Shown one piece after another: positions 30,146 to 41,067 of a stretch of DNA of 64,000 nt. Numbering within the stretch: the first letter of the stretch is position 1; the number at the start of each line of letters is the position of its first letter. The notes beneath the pieces were generated by a model, which was not told where the DNA came from, did not search any database, and saw only the letters and a list, made by a program, of their open reading frames with translations. The stretch is from Alphaproteobacteria bacterium (GTDB lineage: Bacteria; Pseudomonadota; Alphaproteobacteria; GCA-2746255): contig OZ252220.1 of the NCBI GenBank assembly GCA_965249135.1, positions 896,001 through 960,000 of the forward strand, written 5' to 3'. The translations under genes were made by a program, and so were the position numbers.

Positions 30146-30733
30146 ATGCGTAGCCTTGCCCCCCTCTTCATCCTTCTGCTCGGCCTTGGACTCATGGCCT
30201 GCGGCAAGGGCGAGCCCAGCTTCGACGACCTGCTTGCGAAGGCCGAAGCCGGTGATCCAGACACCCAGTATTCGGTCGGCCTTGCCTATCAGGAAGGCCG
30301 CGGCACCGAGAAGGACTTAGGCGAGGCGATCGCCTGGTACAAAAAGGCGGCCGAACAGGGCGAGGTGAACGCGCTCTATACGCTGGGCTACATGGGCCAC
30401 CACAAGATCGGCATGGAGCGGAACTTCGACGCTGCGGCCGTGTGGTACCGCAAAGCGGGCGATGCCGGTCACCCCAAGGCGATGTTCGAACTGGCGCGCT
30501 TCTATACACGCGGGCTCAGCGTCGAGCGCAGCTTCCCGGAAGCCGTGAAATGGATCGAGAAGGCCGCCAACCAGGGCATGTTCGAGGCCCAGTGGCGCAT
30601 GGGCGAGATCTACACGACCGGCGGCATCGGCATCGAAGGCGACATCAAGAAGGCGAAGATGTGGTACGACCGCGCCGAGAAGTCGGGCGATCTCAACTCC
30701 GATTACGATCCGGACTACCGCTTTGGGCCTTAG
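30146..30733 (+). CDS. Sel1-repeat lipoprotein
   Basis: Lipobox LMAC and repeated A..WY.KAA.QG units. Confidence 0.88.
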   Translation: MRSLAPLFILLLGLGLMACGKGEPSFDDLLAKAEAGDPDTQYSVGLAYQEGRGTEKDLGEAIAWYKKAAEQGEVNALYTLGYMGHHKIGMERNFDAAAVWYRKAGDAGHPKAMFELARFYTRGLSVERSFPEAVKWIEKAANQGMFEAQWRMGEIYTTGGIGIEGDIKKAKMWYDRAEKSGDLNSDYDPDYRFGP

Positions 30734-30766
30734 GCGCTTTTAGGCCTTGAAACCGGAACCTAAAGC

Positions 30767-31069
30767 CTAGCCTTGCGTCTTCTTCTGGGCCGCCTCGAAG
30801 GCGGCGAGTGCCTCGGGCGTCGCTTCCCTTTGATACTTCGCCTGCCACTCCTTGTACGGCATGCCGTAGACGATCTCGCGAGCTTCCGTCTCGGTCATGG
30901 CAAGGCCCTTGGCCTCGGCCGCCGCCACGTACCACTTCGAAAGACAATTCCGGCAGAAGCCGGCAAGGTTCATGAGATCGATGTTCTGCACGTCCGTTCG
31001 CTCACGCAGGTGCTGAACCAGCGTGCGGAAGGCCGCCGCCTCGAGTTCCGTCTGGGTCTCCTTCTCCAT
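30767..31069 (-). CDS. DUF1244 family protein
   Basis: ELEAAAFR...RTDVQNIDLMNLAGFCRNCL. Confidence 0.92.
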   Translation of the reverse strand: MEKETQTELEAAAFRTLVQHLRERTDVQNIDLMNLAGFCRNCLSKWYVAAAEAKGLAMTETEAREIVYGMPYKEWQAKYQREATPEALAAFEAAQKKTQG

Positions 31070-31076
31070 CCTTCTT

Positions 31077-32213
31077 CTATAGTCCTTCTTGGGTCTCGCG
31101 AATAAGAAAGTCGACGACGGCGCGAAGCCCGGCCTTCTCTTCCTTGCCCTTGTCGATTGCTTCGCCATAGGCCGCCAATTGCCGGTGCGCGCTGGTGCCG
31201 CGCTTCAGGATCGCGCGGGTGGCACGAACCTCCGCCGTGCAACCAAGGATCTCGGCATCCTCGGCCACCAGTTCAAGCAGTTCCTCCAGAAGGTCCGCGT
31301 AAGGAACGATCCTGCCCTTGCCGAAATCCATCAGCCCCTCGTCGATGCCGTAACGCTGGGCCCGCCAGCGGTTTTCGCTGACCAGCGCGCGCGAATAGAC
31401 CCGCCAGCGTTGGTTCTCCCCCTTAAGCCGGGTCAGCATATGAAGAAGGGAAATATAAAGGGCGGCGATGGCGATCGCGTCGTCGACCAGCGTGCAGATG
31501 TCGGTGATCCGCATCTCGAGCGTGGGAAAGCGCGCCGAGGGGCGAATGTCCCACCACAGTTTCGTGCCGTCCTCGATCAGGCCCGCCCGCACCATGACGG
31601 CAAGCAGCCGCTGATACTCCGCGTCGCTCTCGAACTGTTCCGGCAGGCCGGTGCGGGGCACCTCGTCGAAGATGCTAAGGCGATAGGATTTGAGGCCGGT
31701 ATCCTCGCCCTGCCAGAACGGCGAGGAGGTGCTGAGCGCCAGCAAATGCGGCAGGAAATAGGTCACCTGGTTCATCAGGTCGATCCGCAAATCCGGGTCC
31801 GAGACCCCGACATGGACGTGCATGCCGCAGATCAGCAGCCTGCGCGCCACCCCTTGCAGGTCGCGCGCCAGCACGTTGTAGCGGTCCTTGTCCGTGCGTT
31901 TCTGCTTGCCCCAACTGGCGAAGGGATGGGTCGAGGCGGCAATCATGGCGAAGCCATGCTTCCCCACTACCTCGCTTACCGTCCTGCGCAATCGCACCAG
32001 CTCGGCACGGGCCTCCTGGATCGTCTCGCAGACGCAAGTTTCCACTTCGATCTGGGAGCGCAGGAATTCCGGCGCCACCTGCCCTTCCAGGCGCTCGGCG
32101 CATTCCTCAATCATCGCAGCGGGCGGATCGGTGACCAGATCCCGCGTCTCGGGATCGACGAGAAGGTATTCCTCCTCGATGCCGATCGTGAATTCCGGCC
32201 CTTGTCGCGTCAC
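31077..32213 (-). CDS. Carboxylate-amine ligase (YbdK / glutamate-cysteine ligase 2)
   Basis: GIEEEY, CGMHVHVG and WWDIRPS...TLEMR; GTG overlaps the upstream TGA. Confidence 0.92.
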   Translation of the reverse strand: MTRQGPEFTIGIEEEYLLVDPETRDLVTDPPAAMIEECAERLEGQVAPEFLRSQIEVETCVCETIQEARAELVRLRRTVSEVVGKHGFAMIAASTHPFASWGKQKRTDKDRYNVLARDLQGVARRLLICGMHVHVGVSDPDLRIDLMNQVTYFLPHLLALSTSSPFWQGEDTGLKSYRLSIFDEVPRTGLPEQFESDAEYQRLLAVMVRAGLIEDGTKLWWDIRPSARFPTLEMRITDICTLVDDAIAIAALYISLLHMLTRLKGENQRWRVYSRALVSENRWRAQRYGIDEGLMDFGKGRIVPYADLLEELLELVAEDAEILGCTAEVRATRAILKRGTSAHRQLAAYGEAIDKGKEEKAGLRAVVDFLIRETQEGL

Positions 32214-33031
32214 GCGAACCACTCCTGACGGTAAAGATCGGGATCGTCCAGGATCTTCTCCAGCGCAGGGCCCAGGATTCCGACCCATGCCTCGATCCCG
32301 TGATGGGTGTCGATCTGGTCCTGACGAAGCTCGAGCAGGACCTGCGGCAGTCCTTCCGCGACCACGTGGTGTTCCATCGTGTAGCCGTAGTTGTCGCGGC
32401 CTGCATAGGGCTCGTTGTCGCCGACGACGATGCCGTGGTGGGCCTGCAATACTTCCATCAGCGGTCCGGCCATGCGCGGATCCCGCTCCCACAGAACGCC
32501 GATTTGCCAGGGACGCTCGAAGCCTTCGAAGACGGGCGTGAAACTATGGATGGAAAGCACGGCCGGGAAGATGCCGTGGGCGCGAAAATCGGCAATCCGC
32601 TCGGCGATCGCGTTGTGATAGGGCCAGTAAAAGGTATCCGCCCGTGCCTGGCATTCCTCGGCGCTAAGCTCCGCATTGCCCGGAATGGCCGTCCCGTCCA
32701 CTGCCCGAGGGATGGCCGTGGCTGAATCCAGCGGACGGTTGCAATCGACAAGCAGCCGGGAATAGCCGGAAAGAACGGCCGCCCCATCGAGCCGATGGGC
32801 AAGGGCGCGCGTCATCTCGCCGGCCCCGATGTCCCAGGCGATGTGGCGCAAAAACGCAGCTCCATCGAGGCCGATATCCCCCATCGCCTTCGGAATGGCC
32901 GCCTTCGCGTGATCGCAGGTCAAAAGAACAGGTGCGGCTCCGGTCGGGTTCACGATCTCGAAGGCCGCCGGATCGTCCGGCCCGATCAGGGCGCCCGCCG
33001 GTGGTTCTTTCTTTTCCGTAAGGCTCGACAT
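32210..33031 (-). CDS. N-formylglutamate amidohydrolase family protein
   Basis: Motifs CDHA, HIAWDIG, SRLLVDCNR, HSFTP and GDNEPY. Confidence 0.92.
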   Translation of the reverse strand: MSSLTEKKEPPAGALIGPDDPAAFEIVNPTGAAPVLLTCDHAKAAIPKAMGDIGLDGAAFLRHIAWDIGAGEMTRALAHRLDGAAVLSGYSRLLVDCNRPLDSATAIPRAVDGTAIPGNAELSAEECQARADTFYWPYHNAIAERIADFRAHGIFPAVLSIHSFTPVFEGFERPWQIGVLWERDPRMAGPLMEVLQAHHGIVVGDNEPYAGRDNYGYTMEHHVVAEGLPQVLLELRQDQIDTHHGIEAWVGILGPALEKILDDPDLYRQEWFA

Positions 33032-33171
33032 GGCAGGAGCATACCCGAAATGGACCCCTTCTGCCCGCGTGTCATGAATCCGTAACCTTTCCGTCACACG
33101 CCTGCCATCCCGCGCTGTACATTCTCCCAAGTCATGCGAACCAACATTTGCAGATCACCGGAGAGACCAAC

Positions 33172-34428
33172 ATGACCCGATCGCACCTCGTTGCCGGTTT
33201 AGGCGCCCTGTCCGTTGCCGGCCTCATCGCCGCCGCGCCGGCCTTCGCCCAGACGAGCGCGGAACGGCTGGAGCAACTGTTGCACGAGCTTCAAACCCAG
33301 TTGAAATTCGAGTCCGAGGACGGGAACTTCAAGGCCTGGATACACGGGCGCCTCCTGGCCGATTACGCCAATTACGAGGAAGACAAGTCCAAGCTGGACG
33401 ACGACACCGAATTCCGCACTGCGCAATTCAGCCTGAATGGCACGCTCTATAGGGACTGGGTTTTCAAGGCCCAAGTCGATGTCGCGAGGGAAACTCCCAA
33501 CGTCAAGGACCTGTACCTCAGATATAATTTCAAGCCCCACTCGATCACCGTCGGCCAATTCAAACAACCGTTCGGCCTCGAACGGCTGACGAGTTCGAGA
33601 TTCATCACCTTCATGGAGCGCGCCTTGCCGAGCGCCTTCGCCATACCCCGCCTGATCGGTTTGGGCTACCAGACGCACGGCCCGAACTGGTCGTTTGCGC
33701 TGGCGGGCGGCGGATCCGACGTCTCCAGTAAAATCTCCCACCAAGGGGACGAAGGCTATTCGGTGACGAGCCGTGTTCACTTCGCGCCCTTAAGCGAAAA
33801 GACCGAAAATGTTCACCTTGGCGCGGCCTTGTCGTACCGGAAACTAAACGATGATACGTTTCGTTTCCGGCAACGTCCCGAATCGCATGTGACTTCCGCT
33901 CGATTCGTGGACACGGGCAATATCGCCAGTGCCTCCGACCTATTTCTGTATATCCTGGAGGCGGCCACCGTCTGGGGTCCTTTCTCGCTCCAGGGTGAAT
34001 ACACGAATGCAACCGTCGAACGGGAAGCCGGCTTGTCCGATGTGGATTTCTATGGCTGGTACGGTTACGTGAGTTTCTTTCTCACACCGGGCGACCACCG
34101 CAGCTACGACCCCAAGAAAGGCGCCTTCGGTCGCGTCAAACCGAAGCGTCCTTTCTCCGAAGGGGGGGGATACGGCGCCTTGGAACTCGGCGTTCGGTAT
34201 AGTGGCATCCTGCTGACGGACGAGGACATTTTGGGTGGTGGCGAACGAAACCTGACGGTTGGTTTGAATTGGTACGCAACGTCACACATCCGGTTCATGC
34301 TGAACTACATCAATGTAAACAACGACAACAACGCGACGGGAAACTTAGCCAATCTTCTTCCGCAATTCACGTCGGCAGCCAGTGACGACCCACACATCAT
34401 TCAACTACGGGCCCAGTTCGACCTCTAG
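33172..34428 (+). CDS. OprO/OprP-like porin
   Basis: Signal peptide, GQFKQPFGLE..TSS...FMER and GLNWY; beta-strand C-terminus. Confidence 0.88.
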   Translation: MTRSHLVAGLGALSVAGLIAAAPAFAQTSAERLEQLLHELQTQLKFESEDGNFKAWIHGRLLADYANYEEDKSKLDDDTEFRTAQFSLNGTLYRDWVFKAQVDVARETPNVKDLYLRYNFKPHSITVGQFKQPFGLERLTSSRFITFMERALPSAFAIPRLIGLGYQTHGPNWSFALAGGGSDVSSKISHQGDEGYSVTSRVHFAPLSEKTENVHLGAALSYRKLNDDTFRFRQRPESHVTSARFVDTGNIASASDLFLYILEAATVWGPFSLQGEYTNATVEREAGLSDVDFYGWYGYVSFFLTPGDHRSYDPKKGAFGRVKPKRPFSEGGGYGALELGVRYSGILLTDEDILGGGERNLTVGLNWYATSHIRFMLNYINVNNDNNATGNLANLLPQFTSAASDDPHIIQLRAQFDL

Positions 34429-34456
34429 GAAGCGAAGCGCAACCAATCATGCTTCG

Positions 34457-34984
34457 TCACTCGCCTTCGAACTCGAAAAGGGTGAGCACCTTTTGCCCCA
34501 TCGCTTCGAGGCGCGCCTGGCCACCCAGGTCGGGCAGGCCGATCACGAAGCTTGAGCCCACGATTTCACCGCCGGCCCGCTCGATCAGCTGAATGGTGGC
34601 GGCCGCCGTGCCGCCGGTCGCGATCAGGTCATCGACGAGAAGAATCCGATCCCCTTTCTCGATCGCATCCGCATGAATTTCGACGCAATCCGTCCCGTAT
34701 TCGAGCTCGTATTCCTGGCCGAGCGTCTTCCATGGAAGCTTTCCCTGCTTGCGGACCGGCACGAAGCCGATGGAAAGCTGATGGGCGACGGCGCCGCCAA
34801 GGATGAACCCCCGGGCCTCGATGCCGGCGACCTTGTCGATGCGCACCCCGGCATGCGGCTGGACGAGCTCATCGACGGTCTTGCGAAAGCCGACGGCATC
34901 CTGCAGCAGCGTCGTGATGTCCCGGAACAGAATGCCCGGCTTCGGATGGTCCGGGATGGTGCGGATCTTCGCTTTGATGTCCAT
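34457..34984 (-). CDS. apt: Adenine phosphoribosyltransferase
   Basis: Motifs FRDITTL, EARGF, LEYG and [10 protein letters not shown]. Confidence 0.97.
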   Translation of the reverse strand: MDIKAKIRTIPDHPKPGILFRDITTLLQDAVGFRKTVDELVQPHAGVRIDKVAGIEARGFILGGAVAHQLSIGFVPVRKQGKLPWKTLGQEYELEYGTDCVEIHADAIEKGDRILLVDDLIATGGTAAATIQLIERAGGEIVGSSFVIGLPDLGGQARLEAMGQKVLTLFEFEGE

Positions 34985-35152
34985 GGGGGTTGCGGCTCCT
35001 TTTCCTTAAAACTCAGCGCACCGAAGAAGAGCGGCGTATACGAAGTGTAGAAGCTCGCGGGCCCGAAGCCAACCGGAGGAACGCTATCCAAGCACTTGAT
35101 TCACTGTCATAAAACGCTTTCCGAGCGGCGTTGGGAGGATTAGGGTGCCGTC

Positions 35153-36574
35153 ATGCGGCACGATCGAAAGGCGAAGATTGTCGCCACCCTTGGGCCCGCC
35201 TCGGACGATCCGGGTACGATCCGCGCGCTTGCCGAGGCCGGCGTGAGTGTCTTTCGGTTGAACTTCAGCCACGGCACCCATGCCGATCACCGGCGGCGCT
35301 TTGCCGCCATTCGAAGAGCCGAAAAATCCGTCGGCCGTCGCCTCGGCACGGTGGCGGATCTTCAGGGACCGAAGCTCCGGCTCGGCGAATTCAAGGACGG
35401 CCACGTCACCCTCGAAGCGGGCAAGCCCTTCCGTCTCGATCTTTCGAAGCGGAAAGGAGACGCGGCGCGCGCCCCCCTTCCCCACCGCGAGGTGTTTGCG
35501 GCCCTGAAATCGAAGATGGACCTGCTGCTCGACGACGGCCTGATACGCCTGCGTGTCCGCAAATGCGGCCCTGATTTTGCGAACACCCTCGTCGTTACCG
35601 GCGGTTCGTTGAGCAACCATAAGGGCGTCAACGTGCCCAACGTCGAATTGCCGATCTCGCCTCTGACGGCAAAGGATCGCGCGGATCTGGGGGCCGCCCT
35701 CAAAATGGGGGTCGATTGGATCGCGCTCTCCTTCGTCCAGCGGCCAAGGGATATTCGAAAGGCACGTAAATTGATCGACGGCAAGGCGGCCGTCATGACG
35801 AAACTCGAAAAGCCGGCCGCGATCGAATATCTCGACGAAATCGTTCACCTGTCGGATGCGATCATGGTGGCCAGGGGCGATCTTGGCGTCGAGCTGCCGC
35901 CGGAGGACGTACCCAGCGTGCAAAGGCAAATCATCCGCGTCTGCCGCCAGGCGGGCAAGCCGGTCGTCGTCGCCACCCAGATGCTGCTGTCGATGGTGGG
36001 GGCGCCGACGCCCACCCGGGCCGAGGCCTCCGACGTCGCCACCGCCGTCTACGAAGGGGCGGATGCGGTGATGCTGTCGACGGAAACGGCGGCCGGCGAC
36101 TATCCGGTCGAAGCCGCGAAGATGATGGACCGCATCATCGCCCGCGTCGAACAGGATGCCCACTACCAGGCGATCATCGATGCGGAAAGCGCCGCCCCTG
36201 AGGCGACGGAGGCCGACGCGATCACGGCCGCCGCCCGGCAGGTGGCGCGCACGATCTCGGCCGCCGCCATCGTCACCTATACGACGTCCGGCTCGACGAC
36301 GCTGCGCGCCGCCCGGGCGCGGCCCGACGTGCCCATTCTGTGCTTGACGACCCGGCCCCAGACGGCGCGGCAATTGACCCTTGCCTGGGGCGTGCACAGC
36401 GCCGTCAGCGAAGAAATCCGGGACTTCAACGACATGGTCGAGAAGGCGGAGCGGGTGGCGCGCCAGGAAGGCATCGCCAAGCCGGGCCAGAAGATCGTGG
36501 TGACGGCCGGCATGCCCTTCGGCACGCCGGGCAGGACGAACATTCTTCGCATCGCCACCGTGAAGAAACGCTAA
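35153..36574 (+). CDS. pyk: Pyruvate kinase
   Basis: Motifs TLGPA, RLNFSHG, DLQGPK, MVARGDLGVE and PTRAE. Confidence 0.97.
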   Translation: MRHDRKAKIVATLGPASDDPGTIRALAEAGVSVFRLNFSHGTHADHRRRFAAIRRAEKSVGRRLGTVADLQGPKLRLGEFKDGHVTLEAGKPFRLDLSKRKGDAARAPLPHREVFAALKSKMDLLLDDGLIRLRVRKCGPDFANTLVVTGGSLSNHKGVNVPNVELPISPLTAKDRADLGAALKMGVDWIALSFVQRPRDIRKARKLIDGKAAVMTKLEKPAAIEYLDEIVHLSDAIMVARGDLGVELPPEDVPSVQRQIIRVCRQAGKPVVVATQMLLSMVGAPTPTRAEASDVATAVYEGADAVMLSTETAAGDYPVEAAKMMDRIIARVEQDAHYQAIIDAESAAPEATEADAITAAARQVARTISAAAIVTYTTSGSTTLRAARARPDVPILCLTTRPQTARQLTLAWGVHSAVSEEIRDFNDMVEKAERVARQEGIAKPGQKIVVTAGMPFGTPGRTNILRIATVKKR

Positions 36575-36583
36575 AACCAGCGG

Positions 36584-37135
36584 CTAAACCGGGTCGCCCA
36601 GCCGCTGCTTCAGCTCTTCGATCTTGCTGCGGGCCTGCTCGAGATGGGGGTTGAAGCGTAACGCGCGTTCGAACGCGTCCAGTGCGGCCCGATCCTCTCC
36701 CATGTTCACGTACATCATGCCAAGCCCGACCAGCGCTCCGAAATGACGCGGCTCAAGGGCCAGCGTCCTTTCGACATCCTTGATGGAGGATTCGTAATCG
36801 CCGATGACATAAAAGATCGTCGCCCTTAAGTTCCAGCCTTCCGCATGATCCGGATCGAGCCGTACGATCTTCGTAGCAAGGTCAAGTGCGGTTGCGTAGT
36901 CATCGCGCAGCATTAACTCGCGGCTACGGGCGAAAAGATTCATGATCTCCTCGTTCTCCGTCTCGATCCAAAGCTGCCAGATAAATTCCTGCAGATTTTC
37001 CGCTTCGATCGGATCCGTCGTCGCTTTCAGACGCGTGAACAGCTCATCGAGACGCGAATCCGCCTGGGTTGCAAACGAAGGCGCGGCCATAAGCAGGAAG
37101 AAGGCGGCGGCGAGCGTGACAGAAAACGTCTTCAT
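36584..37135 (-). CDS. Exported TPR protein
   Basis: Signal peptide, AEGWNLRAT and LEPRHFGAL. Confidence 0.88.
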   Translation of the reverse strand: MKTFSVTLAAAFFLLMAAPSFATQADSRLDELFTRLKATTDPIEAENLQEFIWQLWIETENEEIMNLFARSRELMLRDDYATALDLATKIVRLDPDHAEGWNLRATIFYVIGDYESSIKDVERTLALEPRHFGALVGLGMMYVNMGEDRAALDAFERALRFNPHLEQARSKIEELKQRLGDPV

Positions 37136-37139
37136 GAGG

Positions 37140-37725
37140 TTACTGCTGGCGGCGATGGAGCCGTTTGTCTTTCAGTCGCATTGCGATTTCATCGGCGATC
37201 TCGCGTGCCTGGACGAGATTGCGGGTCCACTTCGAGCGCCTGCCGAAGGGCGGCAAGCGCTTCTGCATCTCGCCTTTGCTGCATATGGATGACACCGATC
37301 CCCATCAGGGCCGGAAAGTGGCGCGGCTCCAGTTTGACCGCCTTCTTCGCATAGCTGAGCGCATACTCCATGTCTCCCATCTGATAAAAGATGGTCGAAC
37401 CCATGTACCAGCCTTCCGCGAAATCCGGCGCCCGACCGGTGACTTCCGTGCTTATGGCAAGCGCCACTTCCATGTCGCCGCGCAGCAAGGCCTCCCGTCC
37501 CTTGCTGAACAGCCGGTCGATGCCGGCATCGCCCGACGCCGTCCACAGATGCCAGATATCGTCCTCGATGGCCTCGGCCCGCGCCGGGTCCGTTTCCGCC
37601 TTCAGTTGGACAAAAAGCGCATCCAAACGGGGATCGTCCTGGGCCGCCTTCGCCATCGAAAGCGCCATGGCCAGCCCAGACGTAGCCAGCCCAAACGCCA
37701 ACAGCGCGGCAAGGAAGCTTCGCAT
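37140..37725 (-). CDS. Exported TPR paralog with probable C-terminal frameshift
   Basis: AEGW and LEPRHF. Removing one base at 37219-37220 gives DPHLVQAREIADEI..., matching NPHLEQAR of the neighbour; as written the ORF stops at 37189. Confidence 0.75.
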
Positions 37726-37801
37726 GCCGAAAGCATAGGCTCAGGCCATGGCCCGGCCAAGCAAATCCGATTCCCGTTCGTCGTTACGCCTTAAGGCGCG
37801 T

Positions 37802-37927
37802 TCAGCCCTGGCGGGCCTTGAAGCGGGGGTTTCGCCGATTGATGACGTAGACGCGGCCCCGCCGGCGGACGACCCGGCAGTCCTTGTGCCGCTTCTTCAC
37901 GGTTTTTAGCGAATTAACGACCTTCAT
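37802..37927 (-). CDS. rpmJ: 50S ribosomal protein L36 (type B-like)
   Basis: [41 protein letters not shown]; absent from the ORF track. Confidence 0.96.
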   Translation of the reverse strand: MKVVNSLKTVKKRHKDCRVVRRRGRVYVINRRNPRFKARQG

Positions 37928-38089
37928 CTTAAACCCTGCTTCCCGCTTTTACGTGTGGCCTCAAAAAGCGCGGCCACCATAGGGAGATGGGCCTTCCCTG
38001 TCAATTTACCCGTGCCAATTTGCCCCCGTCAATTTGCCCTCGTCAATTTGCGACAAGCGGGCTTTTCGGCCTGCCTCAGCCAGCCTGCA

Positions 38090-39115
38090 TCAGAAGCCGA
38101 GTTCCGTCTGCTTGATCGCGTGGATCCGGTAGACGCGAAGGCCGCCGCGATCGAAGGCGAGGATCCGCCGCGCCCAGATCTCGACCTCCAGAAGAAGCGC
38201 ATCCAGCATGGCCGGCGTGGATGCCCCCTGTTTCTTCAGCCGCTCGACGTAGTCCGACCAACCGCGAAGCGCCATCTGCCGATAGCGCGCCGTCATGTCC
38301 TCCGAGATGCGAAGGTTCAGCTCGAGACTTTTGAGACACGTGATGGTCTGCTCGACGGTCCAAAGATGCGGCCGGTGCGGCTCGACGTTCATCCACGCCT
38401 CCACCTCCTGGCTGATTTCGCCCGCTTCCGCGAGTACGTAGTCCGTGAAAAGAAGCTGGCCGTCCGACTTCAGGTGATCGTAGATCGCCGAAAAAAGTTC
38501 TTTTTTGCGCTCAACCTTGAAGAAGCCCTCCTTCGCAAAGATGCTGTCGTACTGGCGCCCGTCCTGCTTAAGCCGCTCGCGAAGGTGCTCGTGATCGCAA
38601 AACTCAATGGGCGCACGCTTGGCAAGGCCTCCCCGCGTCGACATCTCCATGCCGATGCGGGCAAGGGTCTCGTCCGGCTCGAAGGCGTTCACCCACATTT
38701 GGTAGGCGTTCGCAATCGTGCGCGCCGTGCCGCCAAGGGTGGCGTTTAGATTAAGGAGGCTCATCTTCGAATTCGGCGCAAGCGGCTTCACCAGTTCCAT
38801 GCCGAATTTCTGGCCACCCGGCGACGTGAATCCCGACCCCCAGAGCTCGGCGAGGAGAAGCAGCCGCTCCCGCGACCACGGATTGGGCTTAGCCCCCTCG
38901 ATGCTTTCTTCCACCAGCTCGACGGGGATCGACGGCGCGACCTCGGGCGCCGCCGTCGTCGTTCGTTCTTCTCCTTCCACCACCGCCACCTTCGGCAGAT
39001 GGGGGTGGTGGCCCTTCCACCAGGCCTTCAGGCGCGTCTGCAGGTCTTCCCCGCGCTCGACCAAGGCCGAGCCCTTCCGGTGGGCATAGAGCCGTAAGGC
39101 AAGGGATAGCGACAC
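38090..39115 (-). CDS. Class I SAM-methyltransferase-fold protein
   Basis: LWGSGFTSPGG and LKSDGQLLFTDY; degenerate motif I (LNLNATLGG). Confidence 0.7.
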   Translation of the reverse strand: MSLSLALRLYAHRKGSALVERGEDLQTRLKAWWKGHHPHLPKVAVVEGEERTTTAAPEVAPSIPVELVEESIEGAKPNPWSRERLLLLAELWGSGFTSPGGQKFGMELVKPLAPNSKMSLLNLNATLGGTARTIANAYQMWVNAFEPDETLARIGMEMSTRGGLAKRAPIEFCDHEHLRERLKQDGRQYDSIFAKEGFFKVERKKELFSAIYDHLKSDGQLLFTDYVLAEAGEISQEVEAWMNVEPHRPHLWTVEQTITCLKSLELNLRISEDMTARYRQMALRGWSDYVERLKKQGASTPAMLDALLLEVEIWARRILAFDRGGLRVYRIHAIKQTELGF

Positions 39116-39273
39116 GTTCCCCCCCCCCCTTTTTTTTCGCCTTATTTTTAAGGCATGCAGCGGAGTTAGGGAACCATCCCCTGAAAAGGCTTAAGCGTAC
39201 GTTAAATCACGGGAAATTCCAAAACGGGGGCCCGGCGACCGGCCTTAGGCAAGGCCGATCGCCGGGTGGGGGG

Positions 39274-40269
39274 CTATCGGAGATGGGTCTTAAGGAAACG
39301 GCGGATCTGGGCGGCGATCACGTCCCCGTCTTCCTCGAGCGCGAAGTGGCCGGTATCGAGCAGATGGAACTCGATCGTCTCCAGGTCGCGTTTATACGGG
39401 TGCGCCCCTTCCGCCGGGAAGATGAAGTCGTTCTTGCCCCAGACGATCAGCGTCGGCGGCTGGTGGGCGCGGAAATAGGCCTGCCACGCCGGATAGAGCG
39501 GCGGGTTCGAGCCGTAATCGTAGAAAAGCTGCAACTGGATCGCCGCATTCCCGGGACGGTCCAGCAGATACTGGTCGACGGTCCAGGTGTCCGGGCTGAT
39601 GGTTTCCGCATTCCGCGTGCCGTGGGTGTATTGCCACTTCGTCACGTCGAGCTTCAGGAATCCCGCCAACGGTTTCGCGGTCTCCGGGTTGTGGTCCTTC
39701 CAATAGGCGCGGAAGGGCTTCCAGAACTCGCGCAGGCCCTCCACATAGGCATTGCCGTTCTGAACGATCAGCGCCTGGACGCGTTCCGGATGCTTGGTGG
39801 CCAGGCGATAGCCGACCGGCGCGCCATAATCCATGACGTAGAGGCTGTAACGCGTAAGCCCGAGCTTCTCGGTGAAGGCCGCGATGACGCGGGCCAGATT
39901 GTCGAAGGAATAGTCGAATTCTTCGACACTCGGCATCGAGCTGTTGCCGAAGCCGGGATAATCCGGCGCGATGACCCGATAGCGATCGGCAAGCTTCGGC
40001 ATCAAGTTGCGGAACGTCTGGGAAGAGGTGGGAAAGCCGTGCAGCAACAGCACGGCCGGCGCCGCCTTATGCCCGGCCTCCCGGTAGAAGATGGTAAGCC
40101 CGTCCACTTCGACGGTCTTGTGCAGGGTCTGGGTGACCGGCACGGCGGAAGCCACCAGCCGGGCCTCGGAGGCCAAGCCGAGGCGCGGGGCAAGCACGAG
40201 GGCGGCTGCGAGCAAAAGCCACAGATATGGCCGCAGCGGATGGATCAGCGGATGGATACGGGTGGTCAT
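39274..40269 (-). CDS. Alpha/beta hydrolase (epoxide hydrolase-like) with signal peptide
   Basis: Motifs HGFP, PDYPGFG, MDYG, QNGN and GHFALE. Confidence 0.92.
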   Translation of the reverse strand: MTTRIHPLIHPLRPYLWLLLAAALVLAPRLGLASEARLVASAVPVTQTLHKTVEVDGLTIFYREAGHKAAPAVLLLHGFPTSSQTFRNLMPKLADRYRVIAPDYPGFGNSSMPSVEEFDYSFDNLARVIAAFTEKLGLTRYSLYVMDYGAPVGYRLATKHPERVQALIVQNGNAYVEGLREFWKPFRAYWKDHNPETAKPLAGFLKLDVTKWQYTHGTRNAETISPDTWTVDQYLLDRPGNAAIQLQLFYDYGSNPPLYPAWQAYFRAHQPPTLIVWGKNDFIFPAEGAHPYKRDLETIEFHLLDTGHFALEEDGDVIAAQIRRFLKTHLR

Positions 40270-40337
40270 CACGTCTCTCCTTGAGTGTAGGCGTTTCAGG
40301 CCCCCCACAGGGGTCGTGGGTCCAATGACGGCGGAGA

Positions 40338-40462
40338 ATATACAGACTTGTCTGTTCTGTCAAGCCCCCTTATATGGATGATCTTCGAATCTTTCGAGGA
40401 AGGATCGGAGGAGCCTCCAAGGGGGTCGGAACGAACCCTTGAAACTAGACAGAATGGTATAT
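40338..40462. promoter_or_regulatory. Two related probable TetR operators in the divergent intergenic region
   Basis: AGACAAGTCTGTATAT on the minus strand (40338-40353) and AGACAGAATGGTATAT (40447-40462). Confidence 0.6.
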
Positions 40463-40488
40463 ATAGCTTAAGGGAAAGGAGACCAAGC

Positions 40489-41052
40489 ATGGCCCAAAGC
40501 CGCCGCGACCACCTCGTCGATACCGCCCTCGAGCTCTTCAACCGGGACGGCTACCACGCCACCGGAATCGACCGCATCCTGGCCGAATCTGGGGTCGCCA
40601 AGATGACGCTTTACAAGCACTTCAAGTCGAAGGACGGCCTCATCCTCGCCGTCCTTCGCCGCCGCGATCAGTTGTTCCTTGAGCGCCTCACCGGCCGCAT
40701 CGAGGCGCTTGCCACCACCCCGAAGGCGCAGCTACTTGGCCTCTTCGACGCGCTCGACGAATGGTTCGGCGAGAAGGACTTTTCGGGCTGCATGTTCATC
40801 AACGCGGCCAGCGAATTCGCCCCGCCCGAAGATCCGATCCATGCCGTGGCAAGCGAGCACAAACACCTGCTGCTTAGACACCTGCGCGAGCTCACCGCCG
40901 CCGCCGGCGCCAGCAAGCCGCGCGAGCTTGCCGCCGGGCTCATGCTGCTCGCGGAAGGGGCGATCGTCATGGCCCATGTCGCCGGCGAGCGCGATGCGGC
41001 GAAGCTGGCGAAGCGCACCGCCCGCGTGCTCCTCGAAAACGCTGGGCTTTAG
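40489..41052 (+). CDS. TetR/AcrR family regulator
   Basis: GIDRILAESGVAKMTLYKHFKSK and GCMFINA. Confidence 0.93.
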   Translation: MAQSRRDHLVDTALELFNRDGYHATGIDRILAESGVAKMTLYKHFKSKDGLILAVLRRRDQLFLERLTGRIEALATTPKAQLLGLFDALDEWFGEKDFSGCMFINAASEFAPPEDPIHAVASEHKHLLLRHLRELTAAAGASKPRELAAGLMLLAEGAIVMAHVAGERDAAKLAKRTARVLLENAGL

Positions 41053-41067
41053 ATAAAGAAAAAGAAA

